From Rhabdothermincola salaria (GTDB taxonomy: Bacteria > Actinomycetota > Acidimicrobiia > Acidimicrobiales > Acidimicrobilacustridaceae), in the NCBI RefSeq assembly GCF_021246445.1, contig NZ_JAJQXW010000002.1:248001-312000 (forward strand): DNA of 64,000 nucleotides, given 5' to 3'. The notes under the pieces are model-generated. The model did not search any database, was not told the DNA's origin, and saw only the letters and a program-made list of their open reading frames with translations. Position 1 is the first letter of the stretch; every line of letters starts with the position of its first letter. The position numbers and the translations under genes were made by a program. Positions 29,837 to 38,837 of the stretch are shown in pieces.

Positions 29837-29851
29837 GGCCGCTGCCCGGCT

Positions 29852-29892
29852 GATCCGGTCCCGGCGATCCCCTCGCCGGACCGGACCGGATC
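29852..29892. terminator. GC-rich hairpin between convergent genes
   Basis: GATCCGGTCC...GGACCGGATC with inner CGGCGA/TCGCCG stem. Confidence 0.55.
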
Positions 29893-29900
29893 GGGTCGGC

Positions 29901-30341
29901 TCAGGAGCCGGCGCCCTGGGTGGAGACGGTGATGATGTGCTCGAGCCACCACTGCGGGGCGTTGTCGGTGATGTTGGAGATGTTCGAGTAGTCGTGCCAG
30001 CGGAAGATCTTGCCGTCGCGCAGCTCGGTGACCGACACGAAGGAGTGGTCGATGACCTCTCCGGTGTGGAAGTGCCACCGCTCGGTGTGCTCGGTCATCA
30101 CCAGGTCGCCCTCGGCGATCATGTTGGTGCCGTCGAGGTGCTCGTAGCCCGACAGCGGCTCGAGACCGATCTTGACCCGGTCGACCACGCCGTCGGGCCC
30201 GTTGCCACCCTCGCCGGGGGTGCCCACGTCGGTGTAGTGGGCGTCGTCGGTGAGCAGCGCCTTCATCCCGTCCCAGTCGCGGGCGGCGAGCGCGTCCCAG
30301 TAGCGCTGGACGATCGCCTTGTTGGTCTCGGTGTCACTCAA
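29901..30341 (-). CDS. NTF2/SnoaL-like (limonene-1,2-epoxide hydrolase-like) protein
   Basis: GAGGAG RBS + TTG; NKAIVQRYW, VMTEHTE, DGKIFRWHDY. Confidence 0.8.
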   Translation of the reverse strand: MSDTETNKAIVQRYWDALAARDWDGMKALLTDDAHYTDVGTPGEGGNGPDGVVDRVKIGLEPLSGYEHLDGTNMIAEGDLVMTEHTERWHFHTGEVIDHSFVSVTELRDGKIFRWHDYSNISNITDNAPQWWLEHIITVSTQGAGS

Positions 30342-30448
30342 CGGCTCGAGCTCCTCGTCGCGGGGTGCGCCCGGATGGCGCAGCGGCGCTCGGAACCCTA
30401 GGACGATCGACGGGCGCAGCGCGGGCTGCGCCCGTGAGCCCCGGCCGG

Positions 30449-30853
30449 TCAGCTCCCGGGCGGCTTGGCGTCGCCGACGTACTGCACCAGCTCGACGAGG
30501 TAGCCGTCGGGGTCCTTCACGAAGCCCACGATGACCGGCCAGCGCTCCAGCTTCTCGGGCACCATGTCGGACTCGCAGCCCCACTCGACGGCCTTGTCGT
30601 GCACCGCCATGGCGTCGTCGACGTTGAAGTAGATCTTCCAGAGGGCGAAGCCGTGATCGATGGCTTGGCGTCCGTTGTAGCGCTCGGCGAGCTGCAGCCG
30701 CCCTCCGCCCTGGTCGGCCGCCAACACGATCTCGTGCACATCGTCGATCTCGGTGCGGCTCTGCACCTTCAGCCCGACGACCTCGGTGTAGAAGCGCTCC
30801 GAGGCCTCGATGTCGTTCACGTAGATGCAGTACTGCCCGACCGTGGTCGCCAT
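30449..30853 (-). CDS. VOC family protein (lactoylglutathione lyase-like)
   Basis: VNDIEASERFY, FVKDPDGYLVELVQ. Confidence 0.88.
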   Translation of the reverse strand: MATTVGQYCIYVNDIEASERFYTEVVGLKVQSRTEIDDVHEIVLAADQGGGRLQLAERYNGRQAIDHGFALWKIYFNVDDAMAVHDKAVEWGCESDMVPEKLERWPVIVGFVKDPDGYLVELVQYVGDAKPPGS

Positions 30854-30963
30854 GTCTCTCCCCTGTCCCCCAGGACCCGGGCTCGTGGTGCCCGGGCTCG
30901 TGGCCGTCGACGTTACCGCCGACTCGGAGACGCCTGCCGACGAGCGCTGGTAGACCCACGGCC

Positions 30964-31668
30964 ATGGAACCCTCCGGTTTGATCTTCGCCGCCCTCGACT
31001 GCGACGCCGACGCCATCGAGTGGTGGAACCGTTGGTACGACCTCGAGCACACGCCCATGAACCTGTGCCTCGACGGCGTGCTCCTGAGCCGTCGCTACGT
31101 CGCGCCGCCCCACCTGCACGCCGCTCGCGTCACGGCGCCCGGGTCGCCCTTCGCCGACGGCCGCGCCACCTTCCTCACCACCTACGTGCTCGGCGGCGAC
31201 CCGCAGGTCGCCTTCGACGCCATGAGCGTCGAGCTCCCGAAGCTCTACGACACCGGCCGCATGACCTTCCCGGCCGACAAGAAGGTGGTGCGTGAGGGCG
31301 ACGTCTTCGCCGGCGGGGCCACCGCCGCCCCGGCCGCCCTGCAGCTGAAGCGACGCGAGATCCCCTTCGTGGGCCACACCGGCGTCATCGTGGTGCAACG
31401 CCACGGACCCGACGACCGCGCCGCCGCCATCGCCGAGCTCGACGGGGTGAGCGGCGTGTGGACGCTCGAGTCCCGCAACCGTCCCGGCCTCGCCCTCGAC
31501 GTGATCTTCGTGGAGGACGACCCCGGAGGGCGGGCGCGAGCCATCCGCGAGGCGGTCCCCCACACGGCCGAGGTGGTGCTCGACGCCCCGTTCCTGCTCA
31601 TCGACCCCCTGCGCTACCCGTGGGCGGAGGAGATCCGGTCGTCCGACCTCCCGGCCACCATCGCCTGA
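30964..31668 (+). CDS. Hypothetical protein (possible EthD-like alpha/beta barrel)
   Basis: WNRWYDLEH motif; strong GC3 codon bias. Confidence 0.7.
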   Translation: MEPSGLIFAALDCDADAIEWWNRWYDLEHTPMNLCLDGVLLSRRYVAPPHLHAARVTAPGSPFADGRATFLTTYVLGGDPQVAFDAMSVELPKLYDTGRMTFPADKKVVREGDVFAGGATAAPAALQLKRREIPFVGHTGVIVVQRHGPDDRAAAIAELDGVSGVWTLESRNRPGLALDVIFVEDDPGGRARAIREAVPHTAEVVLDAPFLLIDPLRYPWAEEIRSSDLPATIA

Positions 31669-31808
31669 CCCCGACGCCCTCCGCTCGGCGACCCACCCCG
31701 ACCCACCGGCCCCGGCAACCGGGCGACCTGGGAGGCGGCCCTGGGGCTGCGGGCCGCCGCAGAACCTGGAACGATGGCACGCGTCTCTAGGGGGAGGAAC
31801 CTTCACAC

Positions 31809-32879
31809 ATGACCGTTTCGTCGTGGGACGACTATCCCGTCCACCAGTCGTCGAACTGGATCGCCCACGTGGCGACCAGCGACCGCAACTTCTACGACCG
31901 CTACTACTTCAACGCCTTCGACACCGGCGGCGACTTCATGGTCGTGATGGGCTTCGGGCAGTACCCGAACCTGCAGACCACCGACGCCTTCGTCACCGTG
32001 CGCCGCGGCGGCGAGCAGCACATCGTGCGCTCCTCCAAGCCGCTCGAGGACCGCTCCGACCTCTCTGTCGGACCCATCCGCGTCGAGGTGCTCGAACCGC
32101 TGAAGCGGCTGCGCTTCGTCGTCGAGCCCACCGAGCACACCGTGGCCATGGACATCACGTGGGAGGGGTTCGGGCCGGCCATCCCCGAACCCAACCAGTT
32201 CATCCGCAACGGCAATCGGATCACGTTCGACACCCAGCGCCTGGCCCAGATGGGCTCGTGGAGCGGCTCGATCGAGGTCGACGGCCATGCCTTGGCGGTC
32301 GACCCGTCCACGACGTGGGGTTCACGCGACCGGTCGTGGGGCGTGCGCCCCGTGGGTGAGAAGGAGCCCGAGGGCATCTACGCCGACACCGTGCGCCGGG
32401 GCGGCATGTGGAGCTACTTCCCCATGCGCTTCGAGGACCACTGCATCTACTACATCTGCTCGGAAGGGGCCGACGGAAGCCGCAGCCTCGAGCAGGCCGA
32501 ACGGGTGTGGCTCGACGGTCGCATCGAGCAGTTGGGCCGCACCGAGCACGACCACCGCTTCGTGCCCGGCATGCGCCTGCTGTCGGACTCCACCATCTCG
32601 TTCCCCGACGCCGGCTTCGAGATCGAGTGCACCTCGTTGCTGCCCAACTTCCTCGCCATCGGCACCGGCTACGGCTTCGAGGAGGACTGGCGCCACGGCA
32701 TGTACCAGGGTCCCGAGCTGGTGGTGCACGGCCTCGTGCACCAGGTCGACGACATCGCCATGCTCGGGTCGTACGCCGTGGTCGACCACGCCGCCCGCTT
32801 CACCTACGAGGGCCACACCGGCCACGGGCTCTACGAGCACGCCTTCTCCGGGGTGATGCCCAAGTACGGCCTGGAGTAG
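31809..32879 (+). CDS. Conserved actinobacterial hypothetical protein, aromatic and beta-rich
   Basis: DDYPVHQ, NFYDRYYF, RDRSWGVRP; GGAGG RBS. Confidence 0.8.
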   Translation: MTVSSWDDYPVHQSSNWIAHVATSDRNFYDRYYFNAFDTGGDFMVVMGFGQYPNLQTTDAFVTVRRGGEQHIVRSSKPLEDRSDLSVGPIRVEVLEPLKRLRFVVEPTEHTVAMDITWEGFGPAIPEPNQFIRNGNRITFDTQRLAQMGSWSGSIEVDGHALAVDPSTTWGSRDRSWGVRPVGEKEPEGIYADTVRRGGMWSYFPMRFEDHCIYYICSEGADGSRSLEQAERVWLDGRIEQLGRTEHDHRFVPGMRLLSDSTISFPDAGFEIECTSLLPNFLAIGTGYGFEEDWRHGMYQGPELVVHGLVHQVDDIAMLGSYAVVDHAARFTYEGHTGHGLYEHAFSGVMPKYGLE

Positions 32880-32901
32880 CGGGCCGGGTCCCGGCCCGTC
32901 G

Positions 32902-32940
32902 GGGGTCGAGGCGTCGTCGGCGCCTCGACCCCTTCCCTTC
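32902..32940 (+). terminator. Intrinsic terminator-like hairpin
   Basis: 12-bp perfect stem GGGGTCGAGGCG/CGCCTCGACCCC followed by TTCCCTTC. Confidence 0.65.
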
Positions 32941-32978
32941 GCACCCGATCCGGGGGAGAGTGCAGGGACTGCGAGGAG

Positions 32979-33422
32979 GTGGACATGACCGTCCTGCGTT
33001 CCATCCCGGCTCCGGCCCAGACCCTGCTCGGCTCCAACGCCCTGGCCCACCTGGTCACCCAGAACCCCGACGGATCACCGCAGGTCTCGGTGGTGTGGTG
33101 CGGCGTGCGCGACGACCAGGTCTTCTTCTGCGCCGAGGGGTCCACCGCCAAGGTGCGCAACATCCGGCGCCATCCGGCGGTCGTGCTGTCCATCGAGGAC
33201 GAGGCCCGCAACGTGGCCGGCACCCAGCAGCACCTGTTGGTGTACGGCGACGCCCGGGTGGTGGCCGAGCCCGCCGACCGGGCGCTGTGCGACGAGCTGT
33301 GCCGGGTCTACGTGGGCACCGCCGACCACCCGCTCAACCTCGGCCGGTCGCCGGGGTCGGTCACCGTGGCCGTCGACGTGCGCCGCATCGGGGGCAACGG
33401 CCCCTGGACCCTCGACGAGTGA
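32979..33422 (+). CDS. PPOX class F420-dependent oxidoreductase
   Basis: TQNPDGSPQVSVVW, KVRNIRRHP. Confidence 0.85.
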   Translation: MDMTVLRSIPAPAQTLLGSNALAHLVTQNPDGSPQVSVVWCGVRDDQVFFCAEGSTAKVRNIRRHPAVVLSIEDEARNVAGTQQHLLVYGDARVVAEPADRALCDELCRVYVGTADHPLNLGRSPGSVTVAVDVRRIGGNGPWTLDE

Positions 33423-33435
33423 GCGTCCGCCGGCC

Positions 33436-33930
33436 TCAGACCACCTCGCGGAGGCGCCCGGTCTCGACCTCGTAGACGAAGCCGCGCACGGCATCGGTCT
33501 TCGGGACGAACGGGCTGGCCTGGATGCGGGCGATGGACTGGCGGACGTCGTCGTCGAGGTCCGAGAAGGCCTCGAGGGCGAAGCTCGGCCGCACACCGGT
33601 GTCGGCCTGGATCTGGGCCTTCACGTCGGCGTCGGTGAAGGTCAACATGCCGCAGTCGGTGTGGTGGACGAGGATGATCTCCTCGGTGCCGAGCAGGCGC
33701 TGGCTGATCGTGAGCGAGCGGATGGCGTCCTCGCTCACCACACCCCCGGCGTTGCGGATCACGTGGGCATCGCCCTCTTCGAGTCCGAGGGCCCGGGCGG
33801 GGTCGAGGCGGGCGTCCATGCACGCCAGCACGGCGACCTTCTTGGCCGGGGGCAGGGGGAGATCGCCCTTGGTGAAGCCAGTGGCGTAGCCGTCGTTGTT
33901 GGCGAGCAGCTCATCGGTCGTGGTGGGCAT
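33436..33930 (-). CDS. Beta-class carbonic anhydrase (small, Rv1284/clade D-like)
   Basis: ACMDARL, IRNAGG, HHTDCGM. Confidence 0.93.
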   Translation of the reverse strand: MPTTTDELLANNDGYATGFTKGDLPLPPAKKVAVLACMDARLDPARALGLEEGDAHVIRNAGGVVSEDAIRSLTISQRLLGTEEIILVHHTDCGMLTFTDADVKAQIQADTGVRPSFALEAFSDLDDDVRQSIARIQASPFVPKTDAVRGFVYEVETGRLREVV

Positions 33931-33991
33931 GGGGGCCTCCGTGGTCGGGTCGGAACCGAAAGCCTACAAAGCTGATCGGAAATATCAAGAT

Positions 33992-35200
33992 TCAGCCCGG
34001 GTGCGCGTCGAGGAACTCCGCCAGGGTGTCGACGACGAACTGGAGCGTGGGCTCGTCGATGGCGTGGCTCAACGGCAGCAGCACCCCCCGGGCCATGATC
34101 TCGTCGGCGTGGGGAAGACCGTCGTCGGGCAGTACCAGGGCGCGATCGCGCAGCATGGGCTGGCGGGCGACGTTGCCGGTCCAGATGGTGCGGGTGTCGA
34201 TGCCCCTCCCGTCGAGGAAGGCCTGCAGGTCGGGGCGGTCGAAGCCGGCGCTTTCGCGTATGACCAGCGGGTACCCCAGCCAGGCCGTCTCGAGCTCGGG
34301 GAGCTGGCGGGGCAGCACCACCCGATCGGCGTGGTCGCCGAAGAACGCCGTGTAGGCCGCGAAGAGCCGCCGGCGCCGGGCCAGGTTCTCCTCGAGCTTC
34401 GCCAGCTGGACCAGGCCGAACGCGGCCCCCATCTCGGACGGCTCGAAGTTCCAGGCCAGCTCGTCGAAGATGAACTGGTTGTCGTAGCGGACCCCGTCGA
34501 GGTCCTCCCAGAAGTCGCGCTCCCCCCGCTTCGAGCCGTAGAACTGCACCTCGCTGCGCCGACCCCACCGGCGCAGCATCAACGCCCGGTCGCGCAAGCC
34601 CTCGTCGTCGACGAGGAGCATGCCCCCGTTGCCCCCGGCGGTGAGGATGTGGGAGTTGGCGAAGCTGGTGACGGTGATGTCCGATCGCTCACCCGTGGGG
34701 CGACCCCGCAGGAGGGGCCCGAGGGTGTCGCAGGAGTCCTCGACGAGGGGGAGGCCGTGGGCATCGGCGACGCCCCGCAGGGCATCCCAATCGGGGGCGT
34801 TGCCGACGAGGTTGGGGAACAGCATCGCCCCGGTGCGAGGGGTGACCATCTCGGCCACCCGGTCGACGTCGACGCAGTAGGTGTCGACCTCGCAGTCGAC
34901 GAGCACCGGCACCAACCCGGCCCGGACCAGCGGGGCGATGTCGGTGGAGAACGTGAGCCCGCAGGTGACGACCTCGGTGCCCGGCTCGAGGCCGAGCAGC
35001 TCGACCGCCAGGTACAGCGCCGAGGAGCCGGAGTTGACCATCACCCCCCCGGACTTGCCGAACAAGGCCGACACCTGGCGCTCCATGGCGTTGACCCGAC
35101 GGCCCGGCCACAGTCCCTGGGGTCCCGACCGCAGCACCTCCACCACGGCCTCGATCTCGCGCTCGTCGTGCACGCTGCTCGAGTAGAAGACGCGATCCAT
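33992..35200 (-). CDS. DegT/DnrJ/EryC1/StrS family PLP enzyme, His-type (RfbH/ColD-like dehydratase)
   Basis: VNSGSSA, EDSCD, SFANSHILT (His at the usual Lys site), LRRWGR. Confidence 0.85.
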   Translation of the reverse strand: MDRVFYSSSVHDEREIEAVVEVLRSGPQGLWPGRRVNAMERQVSALFGKSGGVMVNSGSSALYLAVELLGLEPGTEVVTCGLTFSTDIAPLVRAGLVPVLVDCEVDTYCVDVDRVAEMVTPRTGAMLFPNLVGNAPDWDALRGVADAHGLPLVEDSCDTLGPLLRGRPTGERSDITVTSFANSHILTAGGNGGMLLVDDEGLRDRALMLRRWGRRSEVQFYGSKRGERDFWEDLDGVRYDNQFIFDELAWNFEPSEMGAAFGLVQLAKLEENLARRRRLFAAYTAFFGDHADRVVLPRQLPELETAWLGYPLVIRESAGFDRPDLQAFLDGRGIDTRTIWTGNVARQPMLRDRALVLPDDGLPHADEIMARGVLLPLSHAIDEPTLQFVVDTLAEFLDAHPG

Positions 35201-35250
35201 CGAGCTCATCTCCTCGCCGGTGACCGTCGGGCCCCGTCGTCGTGGGCCGG

Positions 35251-36207
35251 TCAGCCCTCGTTCACCAAGGGGACGACCTCCTCGGCGAAGGCGTCGAACT
35301 GCTCGAGGTACTCCGCCAGGGACCGACCCCGGAACTTCACGTGGATCACGTTGGCCCCGGCCTCGCGAGCGGCGCGCAGGTCGGCGGCGTAGGCCTCGGT
35401 GCCGTGGATCACCGTGGGGGGCAGGTCGTCGGCCGGCCCACCGGTGAGGTGCGCCCAGCCCGGCATGTAGCCGATGTCGATGGGCGCGTCGCCCCGGCCG
35501 TGGGCCTCGGCGGAGGCCCGGATCTCGCCGATGATCTCGCCGTACTGGTCGATGGAGTTGCCCATCGGGATGTAGCCGTCGCCGAAGCGGCCGGCGCGAC
35601 GCCAGGCCGCCTTGGAGTTGCCACCGACCCAGGTGGTGAGCGAACCGTCGGCCGGGCCCGGTGACACGCCGACCCGCTCGTAGGCGTAGCGCTCCCCCCG
35701 GAACGAGACGTAGGGCTCGGCGAAGGCACCCGACAGGGCCTCGAGGGTCTCGTCGAGGATGGCGCCCCGCTCGGCGAAAGGCACCCCGAGGGCGTCGAAC
35801 TCGCCCTTCACATGGCCGGCACCGACCCCCAGGATCACCCGACCACCCGAGAGGTGGTCGAGGGTGCCGAACGACGAGGCGGTCTGCAGCGGGTGGCGGT
35901 AGGCGGCGATCCACACGACCGACAGCAGGTGCACCCGTTCGGTGTGGGCGGCCAGGAAGCCCAACGTGGCGACCGTGTCGTACCAGGTGGTGCGCATCCG
36001 GGCGGAGTAGTCGTCGTCGGGGACGGCGACGTGGTCGCACACACCGACGAACGAATGGCCGGTGGCCTCGGCCTTCTGGGCCACCGTCACCAGATCGGCG
36101 ACGGTGGCCTCGTCCTCCCAGGGGTCGACGAGGTTCAACGTGAGCGTCTGGACCGGCAGCTGCAAGCCGTAGGCCCAACCTCCGTCGCGTACGAGTGCGC
36201 CACCCAT
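35251..36207 (-). CDS. LLM class F420-dependent oxidoreductase
   Basis: VCDHVAVP, TLDHLSGGRVILGVGAG, WVGGNS. Confidence 0.9.
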   Translation of the reverse strand: MGGALVRDGGWAYGLQLPVQTLTLNLVDPWEDEATVADLVTVAQKAEATGHSFVGVCDHVAVPDDDYSARMRTTWYDTVATLGFLAAHTERVHLLSVVWIAAYRHPLQTASSFGTLDHLSGGRVILGVGAGHVKGEFDALGVPFAERGAILDETLEALSGAFAEPYVSFRGERYAYERVGVSPGPADGSLTTWVGGNSKAAWRRAGRFGDGYIPMGNSIDQYGEIIGEIRASAEAHGRGDAPIDIGYMPGWAHLTGGPADDLPPTVIHGTEAYAADLRAAREAGANVIHVKFRGRSLAEYLEQFDAFAEEVVPLVNEG

Positions 36208-36377
36208 CGAGACCACGTCCTCCTGCTTCGTCGTTGGGACTCCACCGCGTCGTGTCCGACCCGGTGCCACCCGATGGTGTAGCAGTCCGGCTCACACGGC
36301 GCGTCGGGACCCTCCCGCCAGGTGCTCCCGACCGGTGCGCCGGACGGCCCCGGGGATGGGCCGTAACATCGCCCGTC

Positions 36378-36890
36378 ATGGGAACGAACCAACGAGCCGC
36401 CATCACCATGACCGACGAGGAGGTGGCGTCGTTCGTCGAGCGCAGCCGTACCGCCACGCTGGCCACCAACGGCCCGAAGGGCGTACCCCATCTGATCGCC
36501 ATGTGGTACGGGCTCATCGACGGCAAGATCTACTTCGAGACCAAGGCCAAGGCCCAGAAGACCGTCAACCTGCGCCGCGACTCCCGCGTGTCGGTGATGA
36601 TCGAGGCCGGTGAGACCTACGACCAGCTGCGCGGCGTCGCCATCGAGGGCACGGCCACCATCATCGACGACACCGAGGACGACGAGTACTGGGCGGCGGC
36701 CATCTCGGTGTTCGAGCGCTACAACGGCCCCTACAGCGAAGAGGTGCACCCCTTCGTGGAGATCATGATGAACAAGCGGGTCGTCGTGCGCGTCGACCCG
36801 GAGCGGGTGCGCTCGTGGGATCACCGCAAGCTGGGCCAGGACCCGATGCCGCTGGCCGGCACGACCGCCCAGTACATCGGCGAGGAGTGA
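36378..36890 (+). CDS. PPOX class F420-dependent oxidoreductase
   Basis: ATLATNGPKGVPHLIAMWY, QKTVNLRRD, SWDHRK. Confidence 0.9.
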   Translation: MGTNQRAAITMTDEEVASFVERSRTATLATNGPKGVPHLIAMWYGLIDGKIYFETKAKAQKTVNLRRDSRVSVMIEAGETYDQLRGVAIEGTATIIDDTEDDEYWAAAISVFERYNGPYSEEVHPFVEIMMNKRVVVRVDPERVRSWDHRKLGQDPMPLAGTTAQYIGEE

Positions 36891-36906
36891 TCGCGGCGAG
36901 GCAGCG

Positions 36907-37539
36907 ATGAGCACCCGACCGGCCAAGCCGGCGTCGGCGGCCCCGACGGTGCCCGCCGTCGAGGACCTCCCGGCCGGCCAGCGGGCCCGTCGCGCCCGGA
37001 TCATCGCGGCCGCCCTCGACCTGCTCGGCGACGCCGACTACGAGCGCATCCAGATCCGCATGGTCGCCGAACGGGCCGGCGTGGCCCTCGGCACGCTCTA
37101 CCGGTACTTCCCCTCCAAGGAGCACCTCTTCGCCGCCGCCCTGGCCGAGTGGGGCGCCGGCTTCGGCCCCCGCCAATCGGGGCGGACCGCGGCCCGCCCA
37201 CCCGAGCCGCCCGCCCGGCTGAAGCGGGCGCTCCGCGACGCCGTCACCGCCTTCGAGCGCAACCCCCAGCTCTTCTCGCTGGTCAACCTGCTCAGCTCGG
37301 TCGACGACCCCGCCGTGGCCGAGACCATGTGGCGCTACTCCGAGCAGACCCGCGCCGCGTTCATGGGCGTCCTCGACGGCATCGACCCCGACACGGCCGA
37401 GACCATCGTGTGGATGTCGCTGGCGCTGTTGAGCTCGGTCCTGCAGAGCTGGGTCACGGGGCGCATCAGCATCGAGGAGGCCCGACGCCGGCTCGACCAG
37501 GGCGTCGACGTGATCTTCACCGTCCCACCGACGGTCTGA
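36907..37539 (+). CDS. TetR family regulator (KstR-like HTH)
   Basis: VAERAGVALGTLYRYFPSKEHL. Confidence 0.92.
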   Translation: MSTRPAKPASAAPTVPAVEDLPAGQRARRARIIAAALDLLGDADYERIQIRMVAERAGVALGTLYRYFPSKEHLFAAALAEWGAGFGPRQSGRTAARPPEPPARLKRALRDAVTAFERNPQLFSLVNLLSSVDDPAVAETMWRYSEQTRAAFMGVLDGIDPDTAETIVWMSLALLSSVLQSWVTGRISIEEARRRLDQGVDVIFTVPPTV

Positions 37540-37611
37540 AGCCCGCGGCACCCGCGCGACATCCGCTGAACACACCCGAGCGGCGCCGTCCACCACCGGG
37601 GTTGAGGACGC

Positions 37612-38832
37612 TCACTCGGCGAGCAGCGAAGGATCGAGGTCGGCGACGGCGTCGACCCCGAGCAGGGCCATGGTGCGCGCCATGTCGTCAGCGAACCACT
37701 GCAGCACCCGGTCCACTCCTCGTTCCCCCGCGGCGCCCAGCCCGTAGAGGTAGGCCCGGCCGGCCATGGCCGCCGTGGCGCCGGCGGCCAGCGCCTTGAC
37801 GATGTCGCTCCCCCGACGGATGCCGCCGTCGCAGATGATCTCGGTGCGCCCACCCACGGCGTCGGCCACCGGGGCCACCAGCGTGAACGGCGCCGGGGCC
37901 CCGTCGAGCTGGCGGCCGCCGTGGTTGGACAGCACCACGGCGTCCACCCCGACCTCGGCGGCGAGCACGGCATCGTCGACCCGCTGGATGCCCTTGACCA
38001 CGATCGGTCCGTCCCAGACCGTCCGGAGCCACTCGACGTCGGACCACGACAAGCTCGGATCGAACTGGCTGTTGATGTAGTCGGACAGGGTGACCGGTGA
38101 CGAACCGTCGCCCACGTCGCGACCGGCCACGTTGGCGAAGCGGATGGGTTCATTGCGCAGCAGCTCGAGCGTCCATCGCGGGTGGAGAGCACCGTCGACG
38201 AGGGTCGACGGCCCGATGGTCGGCGGGAGCGTGAAGCCCCGCCGGACGTCGCGCTCGCGACGGCCGAGCACGGCCGTGTCCACGGTGAGCACCAGCGCTT
38301 CGTAGCGGGCGGCCGCCGCCCGCTGGATCATCTCGGCCACCAGCCCTCGGTCGCGCCAGGCGTAGACCTGGAACCACAGGCGTCCGCCGCTGACCGCTCG
38401 CACCTCCTCGATGGAGCGGGTGGCCAACGTGGACAAGGTGTAGGGCAGCCCGGCCCGCTCGGCGGCGCGGGCCACGGCCAACTCCCCCTGGGGGTCGGCG
38501 ATGCGGGTGAAGCCGGTGGGGGCCAACACCAACGGGTACGCGGCCGGGACCCCGAAGATCGAGGCCGAGACGTCCACCTCTCCGAGGCCGGCCAGGACTC
38601 GAGGCCGGAACGCCGTGCGGGCAAAGGCGGCGGCGTTGGCCGCGAGGGTGCGCTCGTCCTCGGCCGCGCCGTCGATGTAGTCGAACACCCCGCGGGGCAG
38701 GCGCCGGCGGGCCAGACGCCGCAGGTCGGCCACCGAGGCGGCCCGGGCCAACCGGCGCTCGACCGGATCGGTCGGTCGCGGGGCCCAACGGACGACCGAA
38801 CGGATCGCCGCCACGCTGCGGGGTCGGGCCAC
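37612..38832 (-). CDS. FMN-dependent alpha-hydroxy acid oxidase (LldD-like)
   Basis: FDYIDGAAEDE, WFQVY, SNHGGRQLD, DGGIRRGSD. Confidence 0.93.
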   Translation of the reverse strand: MARPRSVAAIRSVVRWAPRPTDPVERRLARAASVADLRRLARRRLPRGVFDYIDGAAEDERTLAANAAAFARTAFRPRVLAGLGEVDVSASIFGVPAAYPLVLAPTGFTRIADPQGELAVARAAERAGLPYTLSTLATRSIEEVRAVSGGRLWFQVYAWRDRGLVAEMIQRAAAARYEALVLTVDTAVLGRRERDVRRGFTLPPTIGPSTLVDGALHPRWTLELLRNEPIRFANVAGRDVGDGSSPVTLSDYINSQFDPSLSWSDVEWLRTVWDGPIVVKGIQRVDDAVLAAEVGVDAVVLSNHGGRQLDGAPAPFTLVAPVADAVGGRTEIICDGGIRRGSDIVKALAAGATAAMAGRAYLYGLGAAGERGVDRVLQWFADDMARTMALLGVDAVADLDPSLLAE

Positions 38833-38837
38833 GGGGC

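Noticed and set aside
30876..30903. 13-bp direct repeat as CRISPR or att site
   Set aside because: Only two copies with a 2-nt spacer; no cas or integrase gene
33992..36526. 844-aa PLP enzyme with long N-terminal extension (likewise the extended ORFs 12226-14130, 29901-31058, 51335-53191, 56739-58538)
   Set aside because: Extensions overlap real upstream genes; RBS or overlap evidence supports internal starts
37612..38832. MftD / mycofactocin cluster
   Set aside because: The N-terminus looks like LldD-type enzymes, and no mftA/B/C is present
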